This document shows, one piece after another, positions 19,001-25,460 of a DNA stretch of 64,000 nucleotides (positions within the stretch are counted from its first letter, which is position 1; every line of letters begins with the position of its first letter). The stretch is from Eubacteriales bacterium. Lineage in GTDB: Bacteria; Bacillota; Clostridia; Oscillospirales; CAG-272. The stretch covers positions 3,655-67,654 of the forward strand of contig JAZOSN010000021.1 in the NCBI GenBank assembly GCA_045657105.1, written 5' to 3'. The position numbers and the translations under genes are program-made. Under the pieces are notes generated by a model, which was given only the letters and a program-made list of their open reading frames with translations, searched no databases and was not told the DNA's origin.

Positions 19001-21500
19001 TGCTTCCGTCAGTGCCGCTCATAGCAAGTATACTTACGTTCTCACAGAAAACTGCCTTCGAGGCGCCTGCAACTATAATTGCGGACTGCGACTCTACCGA
19101 TTTTCCGTCTATCAGGAGAAGATCGGTCGTTGCCGATGCCGACAGACCGAGTGTCAGTGTTACACCGCTCTCTAAGATATTTCCTTCACCGTCTTTTCCG
19201 ACAACGAAAAGGCTTCCGACAAACCCTTGTGCACGGGTGAGCGTACAGGGTGTCGTCGAGAATATCTGTGTACTGCTGAGTATATACAGAGTTTCGCTTA
19301 TTTCTATATCGTTTACGATCTTGATATAAGGATCGCCTGCGAGTATCGCCGCTTTAAGTTCCTCAAAGGTCTTAACTACGGTAGCACTCCACATACCGTC
19401 AACGATCTCACCGCTATAATCGGTATAGGCAGGTATCTGCGCGTCGCTTTCTGTCACGCTAAGCTTATTTACTATCGCCGTCGCCCAATAGTCCGAAGGG
19501 AGAGCTCCCTCAACGTCAAGATCAACGTAGTTGTCCTTGTTTATGATAAGCTTTGCTCCTGTGCTGTTACCCCAGATTATATTTCCGCCGCCGCTTGCAC
19601 TGTTACCCGATACAGTAATGCCCGATGCGGTAGTGGTCGTGCCGGTGGTAGTGGTATATAAAAATCCGCCCTTCCCCGCACTGTTGCCTATCGCGGTCAC
19701 GTTATAAAGATCAACTATACTCTTGTTTGATATGAACAGAGCACCGCCGTTGCCGTACGAGGTGTTCTGCGTAAACACGCATGAGTGGATAGTCGTTTTT
19801 ACCGCTCCGGTATAGATAAAGACTGTCGCCGCGTTTGACGTATTGCTTTCAAGGCAGGCGTTGCCGGTAAAGCTGCTTCCGTATATTTCAGAAGTCGCTC
19901 CCGAGCCAAGATATATTGCACTTCCCGCCTTCGAAACGCTGTTTTTTATGTTACTGTTGTACAGTTTAAGATCAGATGCACTACTGTAAATGGCTCCCGC
20001 ATTACCCGTAGCGGTATTGCCCTGCGCGTCCATCTTATTTATAATTGCAGCAGACTCTGCGATCAGGTAAATAGCTCCTGCGGCAGACGCGGTGTTACTG
20101 TAAAACTGCGCTCTGTCTATTTCGAGAGTTGCTCCGTCAGAGTAAATTGCACCGCCGCCCGAGGTCGCACTGTTCTCGCTAAACTCGCAGTTCTTTGCAT
20201 ACGCGCAGGACCCCTCTGCAAGATAAACGGCTCCTGCGCTCGTTGCAGAGTTGGAAGCAAAGCCGACGTTCAGAAGTGAAACGTCGTTTGCTATACTAAG
20301 AGTGTTGTGACCTGATGCGAAGATCGCACCGCCGTTCGTTCCCGCGGTGTTCCCGTTAAACTCCGAGTCGGTGAAATTTATTGCGGAGTAACTTCCGCCT
20401 ACGTATATAGCTCCGCCTGCGCTCACCGAGCTATTTTCCTCGAAGACGGTATCCTGTGCAGAAACTCTTCCCGATGCAAAGATCGCGCCGCCGTTCGATC
20501 CGGCGTGGTTGCCCGAGAAAAGGACTCCGCTGCTTACAATCTCACTGTTTCCGCCGAGATAGAGCTTTGCACCCGTACTTGCAGGCAGATAGATGGCTCC
20601 GCCGGCAGTGCTCGACGTGTTATTTTTTATTTGTGCCGAGTATATGTAGATCGTACGGTAGTTATAGAAAGCTCCTGCTCTGTTTGCAGAGTTGCCCTCG
20701 AAAAGTCCGCCGTAAACCGACAGGGTTGCATAGTTATAGAAGGCTCCGCCGTAGATAGAGGTACCCGAGGTATTTACAGAGTTGTTCGTATATTCTCCTC
20801 CGTAAACGTTCATTTCGGCGTCTTTTGAAAGTATTGCAACTGCGCCGCCTATGTTGCTTGTATTGGAAAGCTCGTAAATGGAATTATGAGCTCTCTCGTT
20901 TCCGACCTTTTTACAGTTAGTGATAACGAGATTATCGTAAAGGTCCGCTTTTGCATTCGGACATACGAAGATCACCGTTCCTACTACGTCAACGGTCATA
21001 TTTTCACTGTTTCCGTTTACGGTAAGCGCACTTGCCGTGTCGCCGTTAAAGCCTCCGACAGAAAGCGTTACCTGCTCTGTGCAAAGATTATCCTCGCTAT
21101 CCTGTCCGACGACGAAAACGTCCCCTGCAAATTCAGGGCTTCTCGTCAGGGTGATGGCACTCTCGCTATAAACGATAGTGTCGCTCTTTACATAGAAGGT
21201 TCTGTCAATGGCAAAATTATCGGTGATGCAGATTGCATCAATATCCTCCGACAGTGCCTGTTCGAGCTCCTCTGCGCTCGAAACGCTCCTGAACGTATTA
21301 GGAAATCCGACAAGATCCCCTTCGCCGATCACCGGCGGAAAGACAGAATCTACATCTCCTGTGTCGTCCGATCCGCTATCCGAGCCACCGGTGGCAAGGA
21401 TCTCCGAAACGGCTGCTACTGCTTGTATCGGTATTATGCTTATAAGCATAAGTATCGCCGATAAAAGCGCAAGAATTCGGGTTAAAAACTTAGTTTTCAT
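10035..21500 (-). CDS. giant secreted multidomain protein (3821 aa): 3x Pmp-type beta-helix modules, PLD-like domain, Cys knuckles, 4x LamG-like repeats, SGNH/GDSL hydrolase
   Basis: RBS AAGGAGAAGG; signal peptide MKTKFLTRILALLSAILMLISIIPIQAVAA. Approximate domain map in nt follows. Beta-helix modules with dozens of GGAIY/GGAIF..N repeats: 19400-21290, 17350-19395 and 14945-17345. PLD-like lobes: 13440-14700, with HTK at 14216-14224 and HNK at 13545-13553. CxxC knuckles: 13141-13315. LamG-like repeats starting (T/A)P(H/V/L)TFEA: 10800-13070. SGNH blocks: GDS 10677-10685, GTNDYG about 10461-10490, DGLHPN about 10112-10130. I see no LPXTG, SLH, dockerin or choline-binding anchor. Confidence 0.9.
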   Translation of the reverse strand: MKTKFLTRILALLSAILMLISIIPIQAVAAVSEILATGGSDSGSDDTGDVDSVFPPVIGEGDLVGFPNTFRSVSSAEELEQALSEDIDAICITDNFAIDRTFYVKSDTIVYSESAITLTRSPEFAGDVFVVGQDSEDNLCTEQVTLSVGGFNGDTASALTVNGNSENMTVDVVGTVIFVCPNAKADLYDNLVITNCKKVGNERAHNSIYELSNTSNIGGAVAILSKDAEMNVYGGEYTNNSVNTSGTSIYGGAFYNYATLSVYGGLFEGNSANRAGAFYNYRTIYIYSAQIKNNTSSTAGGAIYLPASTGAKLYLGGNSEIVSSGVLFSGNHAGSNGGAIFASGRVSAQDTVFEENSSVSAGGAIYVGGSYSAINFTDSEFNGNTAGTNGGAIFASGHNTLSIANDVSLLNVGFASNSATSAGAVYLAEGSCAYAKNCEFSENSATSGGGAIYSDGATLEIDRAQFYSNTASAAGAIYLIAESAAIINKMDAQGNTATGNAGAIYSSASDLKLYNSNIKNSVSKAGSAIYLGSGATSEIYGSSFTGNACLESNTSNAATVFIYTGAVKTTIHSCVFTQNTSYGNGGALFISNKSIVDLYNVTAIGNSAGKGGFLYTTTTGTTTTASGITVSGNSASGGGNIIWGNSTGAKLIINKDNYVDLDVEGALPSDYWATAIVNKLSVTESDAQIPAYTDYSGEIVDGMWSATVVKTFEELKAAILAGDPYIKIVNDIEISETLYILSSTQIFSTTPCTLTRAQGFVGSLFVVGKDGEGNILESGVTLTLGLSASATTDLLLIDGKSVESQSAIIVAGASKAVFCENVSILAMSGTDGSMLTVEENATVDINGGKYTGNTSVGNAVILNKGILNVNDGLFSGNSADKGGVIYNVGMLNMLGGSLKENVARLGGAIYNLGELTVDSCDISGNVASENGGAIYAELGSVQIKSEIFGNTAALGGAIYFAGGSASLSEATFTSNGATMGGALYIDNADCDVSIVGAVFNTNTAELGGAIYLANGEFDINDCVFIANSATEGGAIYVTNASLAVNNCTFNSNTATNGGAIYSNGADLTLEGSNATLNKALENGGFVYAAAAKVTMSKNSASKNEADKGASVYVSGAKLFSSDDTFEYGYAFEGGAIYAESSEISIGGSSFTGNDADYNGGAINIVGSSAYINNQTQMVANGAANNGGAINASGSTLVVYDTVFNTNSALLDGGAISVDDNSTAKIFTAVFSGNKAGKNGGAVYASDSGTSLLTQICEFTGNTAQTYGGAVYVCSKAKASVYNVVINGNTASKGGFLCLNGSGTEATVIGTTVSDNTSAKGAFIYGIGSGATLYINKVAHSDTSNSSYTPSYWEAALYGTLTIKTIYDDVPEYIEEGNESAGDLSGAFDVSSAKELEDALLAGKKNIRIVADFEIDRTFYITYDVIIFSTARHTLTRAADFGGDIFVVGERADGSNAMIEKADSRLTLGNPSSDTPSLLIIDGNKDNMTVDVVGTVMFICNGAVANVYNNVTVTNCHKNENERTYNEYYKLSRPNRVGGSVAIIPFGGLNIYGGSFINNSVDIEDASSEEGRNSSIGGVFYNESNLKIYAGHFEGNEGARGGIVYNYGTIKIYGGSFVANRATVSGGVYYSASLATSQLNIGYRSSTPVLFKDNVAEVNGGAICTSTLNGIVIYGNTTFEGNKALTGSGGAIHTSSTFTVMNTVFSGNTAKSRGGAMFVTKSTQAYVTRYVYLENCRFIGNSATDGGAISLYCANSTYESGSIVTTDGCEFISNSAENGGSICVERKSNLTVNNTSFDGSIASGEGGAFYIIGESTVSINNSSIANGTATSHGGAISVRSATLKIDGSVIEGNHSEKNGGAIYVAYSSSIDINARVTLNNSTVTGNSADNGGAIYTTRRAIENDTKVLTLKSTDFANNKAKDNGGAVLLTAGVDVFMKDVTFVSNSVSTKSDGAGGAISVVGSTLEIDGGVFTKNRSEYIGGGIYLGTNAVAKLNNVTASRNSARTNGGFIYSSFGQLTMYSGTVNNNSSNMGAGVYLYEGAVSEIYKTEFVANTTLENGAGAFVYTYGTKTVFNGCSFKENVAGGMGGGMYISGKSDAYVYNTNAELNKADKGGFMYETAAGTVVTLAKLSVSGNTAESGGNIIWGNTTNAVLNIDKAKHTDLDTQGATDDAYWESAIEGLLTVNTQSVKVPSASTYTSTVESVKNTVGDASPSVNDVFDLAVNSSNGYINSTYDKFPVLDNSSNFMSRGTTVFDNINGGRVTVDTFVYPKYSTAHNMTVGEALMIYQAMLYKKANPDEEVHIDIASYRFSVQTAVNINRNSRYFGYTRALANENYDEFGFVRVAYLLVSAAKMGIHVNVLAHRDAYPINSAGKLPSTFETYFDAYVNDYCDPEYAPYGTISDYLTFCYFDWTLSNGGKGGTDMMHTKLCAVSHYLDMNGEVHKNAVWTSSSNLDGIYGAGYNANWKLQTATIISDHEDIYRVSVNYLRLMLNYSHQEGIIEFQNKMNVETTSQIDLILAGKGDDIPENERLVYLGSENDDVFELYFTPFGGDILSWSEIYNPYCKYFRELYNSEDYILFTWNAAEYSGTFPLAQQMEKMLIDAFHKNKNPNNKIYVNMESFDPTTFDDLVEGVDIGYKSINEWSLGAIHNKDLQFSYVKDGQRYYVSLLNSLNLHGGSMYYQSNFALVIKEKTCSENSVFSTVARYTTDTDLVSHTFASESKRQEATETEHGYVYKVCTCCGHKEIINTVHYGGQWIIEKVATPTEHGIRYKKCVICDKVIEAEETKYTGSAIDPETNIGVSFTDTTTIPVSIGKTPHTFEATILFQPKSWSRGGVIMGNYSAADNENALNFEIFTEGRVRLFYITNGIRTDVVFSRDIRSIEPVHIAVTVDGNEARLYVNGEFSESIEVTNPLPEIDRPFALGGDIRTDRMQTFKGKIYSVNLFADVRTAEEIISDVSYVGVSAPDLVYSTYFTVNNSPLYVAGNKVSGQTFKKDTLNEIPALDKAPVTFEATLMLPTSYADRAGVIIGNYTDGSSDTVNIEILAGGKLRLYYITDGVKYSYTFETDVRSDKPINLALTVEDLLATLYINGTVTETAELEATIPAITEGFVIGGDHRVNNEQYFKGTIYSVNLFSSVRYWDEITSDILAVSPSEEGLVYSTYFTESGKQSDYGQSFEDNLIGEVDCTLDKTPVTFEALIHLPKGYADRGGVIFGNNGNNDQPINVEIYTNGKLRLYFINGTTKVDCRFDTDVRSDKPVHIALTVDGKLASLYVNGELAEVRELELELPESTMGYRIGGDGRDGNVQYFKGVIYSVNVFDHVRSEQQIAQDMISTAGEGGLLVSTSYLGTKLVTETDTHTNVVFEMITSPTEDGDGLGRLVCASCGKLINVCSVPFTSDGIIHNDYTSTDGALKDGGYYAIDDSFNKAPLTFEALLKLSPRITDRGGVIFGNYDGTSSGRMNLEIYTNGNPRLWYKVNSKSYSYIFNVDIRSEEPVHLAFTIDGLSASLFVDGELVETITLDAPVPFDGSTFCVANDNRLSAQVFKGEIYSASIFADVRTPEEIAHDIIMITSDSDALLFSKYFVASEVVHSKGPWADKVAVFVGDSITEGVNCEGDTYWELLEKMLELKSAVGMGVAGSCISSSSSYGDEHEPLVNRYGDIPADADLITIFMGTNDYGHDTPLGTIDDTTDTSFYGALNIIASALIENNPNAEIVFITPLHRYGYGTNSATGEAHTFDHIPNGAGHTLEDYVNAIKAICDKYSLNVIDLYTELDMDPSADETREYYMEDGLHPNTAGHRQIAEFLEHALEVIGVEDEQQ

Positions 21501-21536
21501 AACCTTCTCCTTAAATTAAATAATATTTATAATATA

Positions 21537-21566
21537 ATTATATCATAGTATATATACCGTTGTCAA
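21537..21566 (-). promoter_or_regulatory. candidate sigma-A promoter of the giant gene
   Basis: On the minus strand: TTGACA (rc of 21561-21566), 18 nt, TATAAT (rc of 21537-21542). The region is AT-rich, so alternatives exist. Confidence 0.45.
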
Positions 21567-21629
21567 TTCGGTATTGTGTAGAATTCTAGGTCCCGTTTTA
21601 GCGCAAAATCGCCAAATTTCAGTCGTAAA

Positions 21630-21662
21630 ATCACAAAAGCACCCGTTTTTACAGGTGCTTTT
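21630..21662 (-). terminator. terminator after the GT4 gene
   Basis: Stem GCACC / GGTGC (21639-21643 / 21654-21658), followed on the minus strand by TTTTGTGATTTT. Confidence 0.55.
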
Positions 21663-21665
21663 TAC

Positions 21666-22829
21666 TTATTTTATAACCTTTTCGTATATAGCCATCGCCT
21701 GCTTTGCGACCGACTGCGAGCTGAACTCGCCGGCTCTATCTCTCAGATAGTTTTCGTCAAGCGTATCAAGGCGCGCGTACATTCTCTTAATTGCTTTTGC
21801 AAGATCCTCGGGATCCTCGGTATTGCACATTTCGGCGCAGAGCTCGTCAAGGAAGCCCTCCGGACCCTTACATCTCGTGCAGACGACGGGAACACCTGCG
21901 GCAAGCGCCTCGATAGCGGGAATTCCAAAGGTTTCAATAACCGATGCCATCACGAGAATATCACTTTCACTGAGGTATTTAGCGATCTCATGCGCGTTCT
22001 TTCTTCCGACGAACTCAACGACGTCGTTCATACCGAGCTCGTTTGTGACGCTCCTGTAATGATCCTCCATAAATCCGCCGCCGACGACCGTAAATTTGAA
22101 CTTGCCTATTTCGCCGTTATCACGGAGTATTTTGAGTGCGCGTACTGTGTCGTCAATATGCTTTGGCGGACGCAGCGCGGCAACCGTCGAAAGGCGAAGA
22201 ACGCCGTCGTTTGAGGGAACCTTCGCGTTTGCGGAAAAAATCGAGGTATCGACGATATTCGGAAGAGTTTCGGAAATATATCCGTATTTATCTTTGAAAA
22301 TATCGTTCATATAGTTGCCGACACAGGTGAGGTGTGCATTTTCACAGGCAAATCGAGCGTATTTTTCCTTTGCACCCGTGAAAAAGCTTTCAAAATAGGT
22401 CGCGTGCTCGGTAATAACGACAGGAACCCCATATTTTTTGCCGATAACCGCCGAAGCGTATCCTGCACCGAGAAGAACCTGCGCGTGAATGACATCAGGC
22501 TTTCCGTTTTCCTTTACGTACCGGCAAAAGAGCTTGTCCAGCTTTTTAGTATACGATCTGATAAACGCTCCGTATGCAAATTTCGAATAATCGACCATTC
22601 GCTTTGCATAGAGCGTATATCCCTCATACTCATTTTTATAGGATTTCTTCATAAAGGGATATTTATATACGGTCTTGATTCCCTGCGGATCAACGTATAT
22701 CATATTCACCTTGACCTTTCCGCTTTCGCTCAGCGCGCGGCAAAAGGTCTGATGATATGTGCCGGTTATCTTATCTCTTTCGCTCGGAAACCATGTCGGT
22801 ATCACGAGGACGTGAAGCTTATCTTTCAT
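21666..22829 (-). CDS. glycosyltransferase family 4 (GT-B, group 1)
   Basis: VLVIPTWFPSE at the N-terminus. The C-terminal EX7E region reads SVIETFGIPAIEALAAGVPVVCT. RBS is ACAGGAGA. Confidence 0.85.
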   Translation of the reverse strand: MKDKLHVLVIPTWFPSERDKITGTYHQTFCRALSESGKVKVNMIYVDPQGIKTVYKYPFMKKSYKNEYEGYTLYAKRMVDYSKFAYGAFIRSYTKKLDKLFCRYVKENGKPDVIHAQVLLGAGYASAVIGKKYGVPVVITEHATYFESFFTGAKEKYARFACENAHLTCVGNYMNDIFKDKYGYISETLPNIVDTSIFSANAKVPSNDGVLRLSTVAALRPPKHIDDTVRALKILRDNGEIGKFKFTVVGGGFMEDHYRSVTNELGMNDVVEFVGRKNAHEIAKYLSESDILVMASVIETFGIPAIEALAAGVPVVCTRCKGPEGFLDELCAEMCNTEDPEDLAKAIKRMYARLDTLDENYLRDRAGEFSSQSVAKQAMAIYEKVIK

Positions 22830-22890
22830 TTTAAAATCTCCTGTTTTGATCTATAATACATTTTAACACACGCGGCGTATTATGTCAAGA

Positions 22891-22920
22891 AGAAAAACCC
22901 GTCGGAAATTCCGACGGGTT
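22891..22920 (-). terminator. rho-independent terminator
   Basis: ACCCGTCGG-AAATT-CCGACGGGT, followed on the minus strand by TTTTTCT. Confidence 0.7.
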
Positions 22921-22926
22921 ATCATT

Positions 22927-23886
22927 TTAAAATTCAAATTTGTTTCCGTTGACCGTGACCTGGACATTATCCGAGGGCTCGACTTTAAGTGCCGAGAACG
23001 GACTGTTGTCATAGCTCTCGACCGTGATCTTTCCGCCTTGAAGATCGATCACCTGCTCTGCCTTTACTGCCGAGTCAACACTGCTGATCGAAATATCTCC
23101 GCCCGAAATGATAACGTTCGTATAAGCCTGAATTCCCTCGTCGCCTGCGGTGATCTTAACGCTTCCAGCCTTGATCTCCACAAAGCCGAGCGTTGCATCG
23201 TTATCCTGAGTAGATTTAAGTCCGTCGCCGGCGGCGGTAACGGTAACGCTTCCGCCCTTGACCTCGAGCGAATCCTTACCTTTAATTCCGTGATTTGCCG
23301 CAGTTACGGTAATATTTCCGCTTTCGATATTGACGTCGTCCTTTCCGGTTATGCCGTCGTTATAATTTGCGGTAACCGTCAGAGAGCCCTCTCCCATAAT
23401 AAAGAGGTCGTCCTTTGAGAAAATAGCCGCATCGGGTTCGTCCTCGCCGACGGGAAGAATATAACTGCCCCCGTCCGAAACGAGGTTTGTAGTATCCTTT
23501 TCAAGAACTATATAAAGATTTTTCGCCTGCTTGCAGTATATCGGGGCGTTGTTTGAGCAGTGAATATCAACTCCCGAAAGAACGAGGAAAACGTCGCCTT
23601 TACTGAGAGTGTCCACTATTATCTGTCCGTCGGTAAGCTTACCGCTGAGCTTATAGGTGCCGGGCGCGTTTACCGTCAGAACACTGCCTGATACCGTGAG
23701 TCCGGACGTATTGTCCGCCGATATGGTGTTTTCAGAAAGCGTGATGTTTACGGGATCATTTGAGGGCTCAGGAAGATTTCCGTCGCCCGGAACAGTGCTA
23801 TCCTCAGGCGCGGTACAGGAAAATGCAAAAACAGTCAAAGAAGCGATAACGAGAAATAGTGCCGAGATCTTTAATATTTTTTTCAT
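22927..23886 (-). CDS. Cthe_2159-type carbohydrate-binding beta-helix lipoprotein
   Basis: ATG 23886 with AAAGGAGG as RBS. Lipobox VFAFSC. ..GTYKLSGKLTDGQIIVDT.., AAIFSKDDLFIMGEGSLTVTANYNDGITGKDD, and repeated G.ITVTA..GIKGKD / GDGLKS turns typical of the family. Confidence 0.75.
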   Translation of the reverse strand: MKKILKISALFLVIASLTVFAFSCTAPEDSTVPGDGNLPEPSNDPVNITLSENTISADNTSGLTVSGSVLTVNAPGTYKLSGKLTDGQIIVDTLSKGDVFLVLSGVDIHCSNNAPIYCKQAKNLYIVLEKDTTNLVSDGGSYILPVGEDEPDAAIFSKDDLFIMGEGSLTVTANYNDGITGKDDVNIESGNITVTAANHGIKGKDSLEVKGGSVTVTAAGDGLKSTQDNDATLGFVEIKAGSVKITAGDEGIQAYTNVIISGGDISISSVDSAVKAEQVIDLQGGKITVESYDNSPFSALKVEPSDNVQVTVNGNKFEF

Positions 23887-23966
23887 AACTGCCTCCTTTA
23901 TATTGACAGGCAAAGCCCTTGCCCGTCAGATAATATATAATATTCTACCACCTCACGGTGTATTTG

Positions 23967-25313
23967 TCAAGAAACGCGCGTAAAGAGCGAAGAGGTAAGC
24001 GAGATCGAAACGTCAAGCGTTTCGCCGCCGCGCTCGACCTTGAAGGTGACCTCGTCACCCTCGGAAAGCGACAGAATAAAGTCGATAACGGTAAAGCGTC
24101 TGTTTACCTCGCGACTGACTCCGTTGCAGGACACCGCGATAATAACGTCGCCGACCAAAAGCTTTCCGTCAGATGCAGAACCGGATGTGACCTCGGATAC
24201 GGTCACCTTTTCCTGTATCACTGTCTTCATATTTTCCTTATCAAAGACAGAACAAAAATCCTGCGCCTTCAAGAGAACACCGAGCGTGGCCTTATAAACT
24301 CCGCTTTTCCCTTTGTTTTCATAGTTGCTTATCACGTTTTCTGCAACACTGTAAGCAATATTCGACGGAATCGCATATCCGATATTTTCTATTTCACCAG
24401 ATTCAAGCTTGGCGTTCACGATGCCGATAAGATGTCCGTTTCGGTCAAAGAGTCCGCCGCCGCTGTTTCCGTGGTTTACGGGAGTATCAATACGCATAAG
24501 GCGCATCTCGGTATTTCCCACGCCGCTCGTCGCCTTCATTTTAACGTATTCCGAGTCAACGCTAACGACACCCGACGTAACAGATATTCCGTCACTTTCG
24601 GGATTTCCGATTGCAACGGCAAGCTCTCCCGCCGCCACATTATCCGAGTTTGCAAGCGTTATCTCTGTAACGTTTGCGCTCTTTATCACATCACTTCCCT
24701 CGACTTTGAGTACCGCAAGATCGTGTGTCATACTGCCGCCGACGAAGGTCGCGTCTATTCGCATTTCGTTATAGTGGAGTCCGTAAAGATAAAGCTCTAT
24801 TTTCTTGCTTATTCCGTTTTCGGATATGCAGTCTGCATCGTAAACAACGTGATAATTGGTTATTATGTAGGCATCTCCGCGCTCCTTGTCGAGCTTATAA
24901 ACGACGCCTGCTCCCGAGCCCGAAAACTCACTGATGATCGGCTCTCTTCCCTGTCCGACGTACTGCTTTTGCTCGAACGTAGCGAAAATACTAACCGCCG
25001 AGCGGATCGCAAGAGAGGCAGCCATCGATGCATCGCTTCCGTACGAGGTACCGTCTTTGCCGTTTTCTCCGTCCTTACCGTTCTCGCCGTCCTTGCCGTT
25101 TTGCCCGTCGACTCCGTCTTTTCCGTCAGAGCCGTCCTTGCCGTTTTCGCCTTTCAGGCTTTCGAGCCACTGCGCTTCGCTTCCCTCAAAGCCGTTACGG
25201 ACGGCAATATCGTACGCCGACTCACCTGCACACGAAGCGAGCGATAGAGTGAGCGTCACGATTACGAGAAGCAAGGAGATCATCTTTTTAAGAGATATTT
25301 TAAAGCCTTTCAT
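23967..25313 (-). CDS. HtrA/DegP-family (S1C) serine protease lipoprotein with a collagen-like G-X-Y stalk and a C-terminal PDZ domain
   Basis: Lipobox LSLASC. 11 G-X-Y triplets (GENGKDGSDGKDGVDGQNGKDGENGKDGENGKDG). Catalytic contexts TNYHVV, HDLAVLKV and GNSGGGLF. PDZ-like VSEVTSGSASDGKLLVGDVIIAV. The start is taken at the ATG 2 codons inside the track ORF. Confidence 0.85.
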   Translation of the reverse strand: MKGFKISLKKMISLLLVIVTLTLSLASCAGESAYDIAVRNGFEGSEAQWLESLKGENGKDGSDGKDGVDGQNGKDGENGKDGENGKDGTSYGSDASMAASLAIRSAVSIFATFEQKQYVGQGREPIISEFSGSGAGVVYKLDKERGDAYIITNYHVVYDADCISENGISKKIELYLYGLHYNEMRIDATFVGGSMTHDLAVLKVEGSDVIKSANVTEITLANSDNVAAGELAVAIGNPESDGISVTSGVVSVDSEYVKMKATSGVGNTEMRLMRIDTPVNHGNSGGGLFDRNGHLIGIVNAKLESGEIENIGYAIPSNIAYSVAENVISNYENKGKSGVYKATLGVLLKAQDFCSVFDKENMKTVIQEKVTVSEVTSGSASDGKLLVGDVIIAVSCNGVSREVNRRFTVIDFILSLSEGDEVTFKVERGGETLDVSISLTSSLFTRVS

Positions 25314-25406
25314 AAGCACACCGCCATCAGTTTTTAATATAATACCTTACAAAGGTGTATTTTCGATGAAAAAACACCGAAATTTAAAGTAACGAATATA
25401 TTATAA

Positions 25407-25438
25407 CACAAAAAAGGAGAAAACGCAATATTTTCTCC
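25407..25438 (-). terminator. terminator after proS
   Basis: GGAGAAAA / TTTTCTCC stem (25416-25423 / 25431-25438), followed on the minus strand by TTTTTTGTG. Confidence 0.6.
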
Positions 25439-25460
25439 TCTTTTATATATGAATTTTATT

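Noticed and set aside
25030-25150. Periodic nucleotide repeat flagged as a possible tandem repeat or minisatellite
   Set aside because: It is the coding sequence of the G-X-Y collagen-like stalk of the protease. It is kept as a protein-level finding, not as a non-coding repeat.
23958-25247. 429-aa ORF on the plus strand
   Set aside because: It is antisense to the HtrA-type protease, whose catalytic triad and PDZ are readable on the minus strand. The plus-strand product is R/V/C-rich nonsense.
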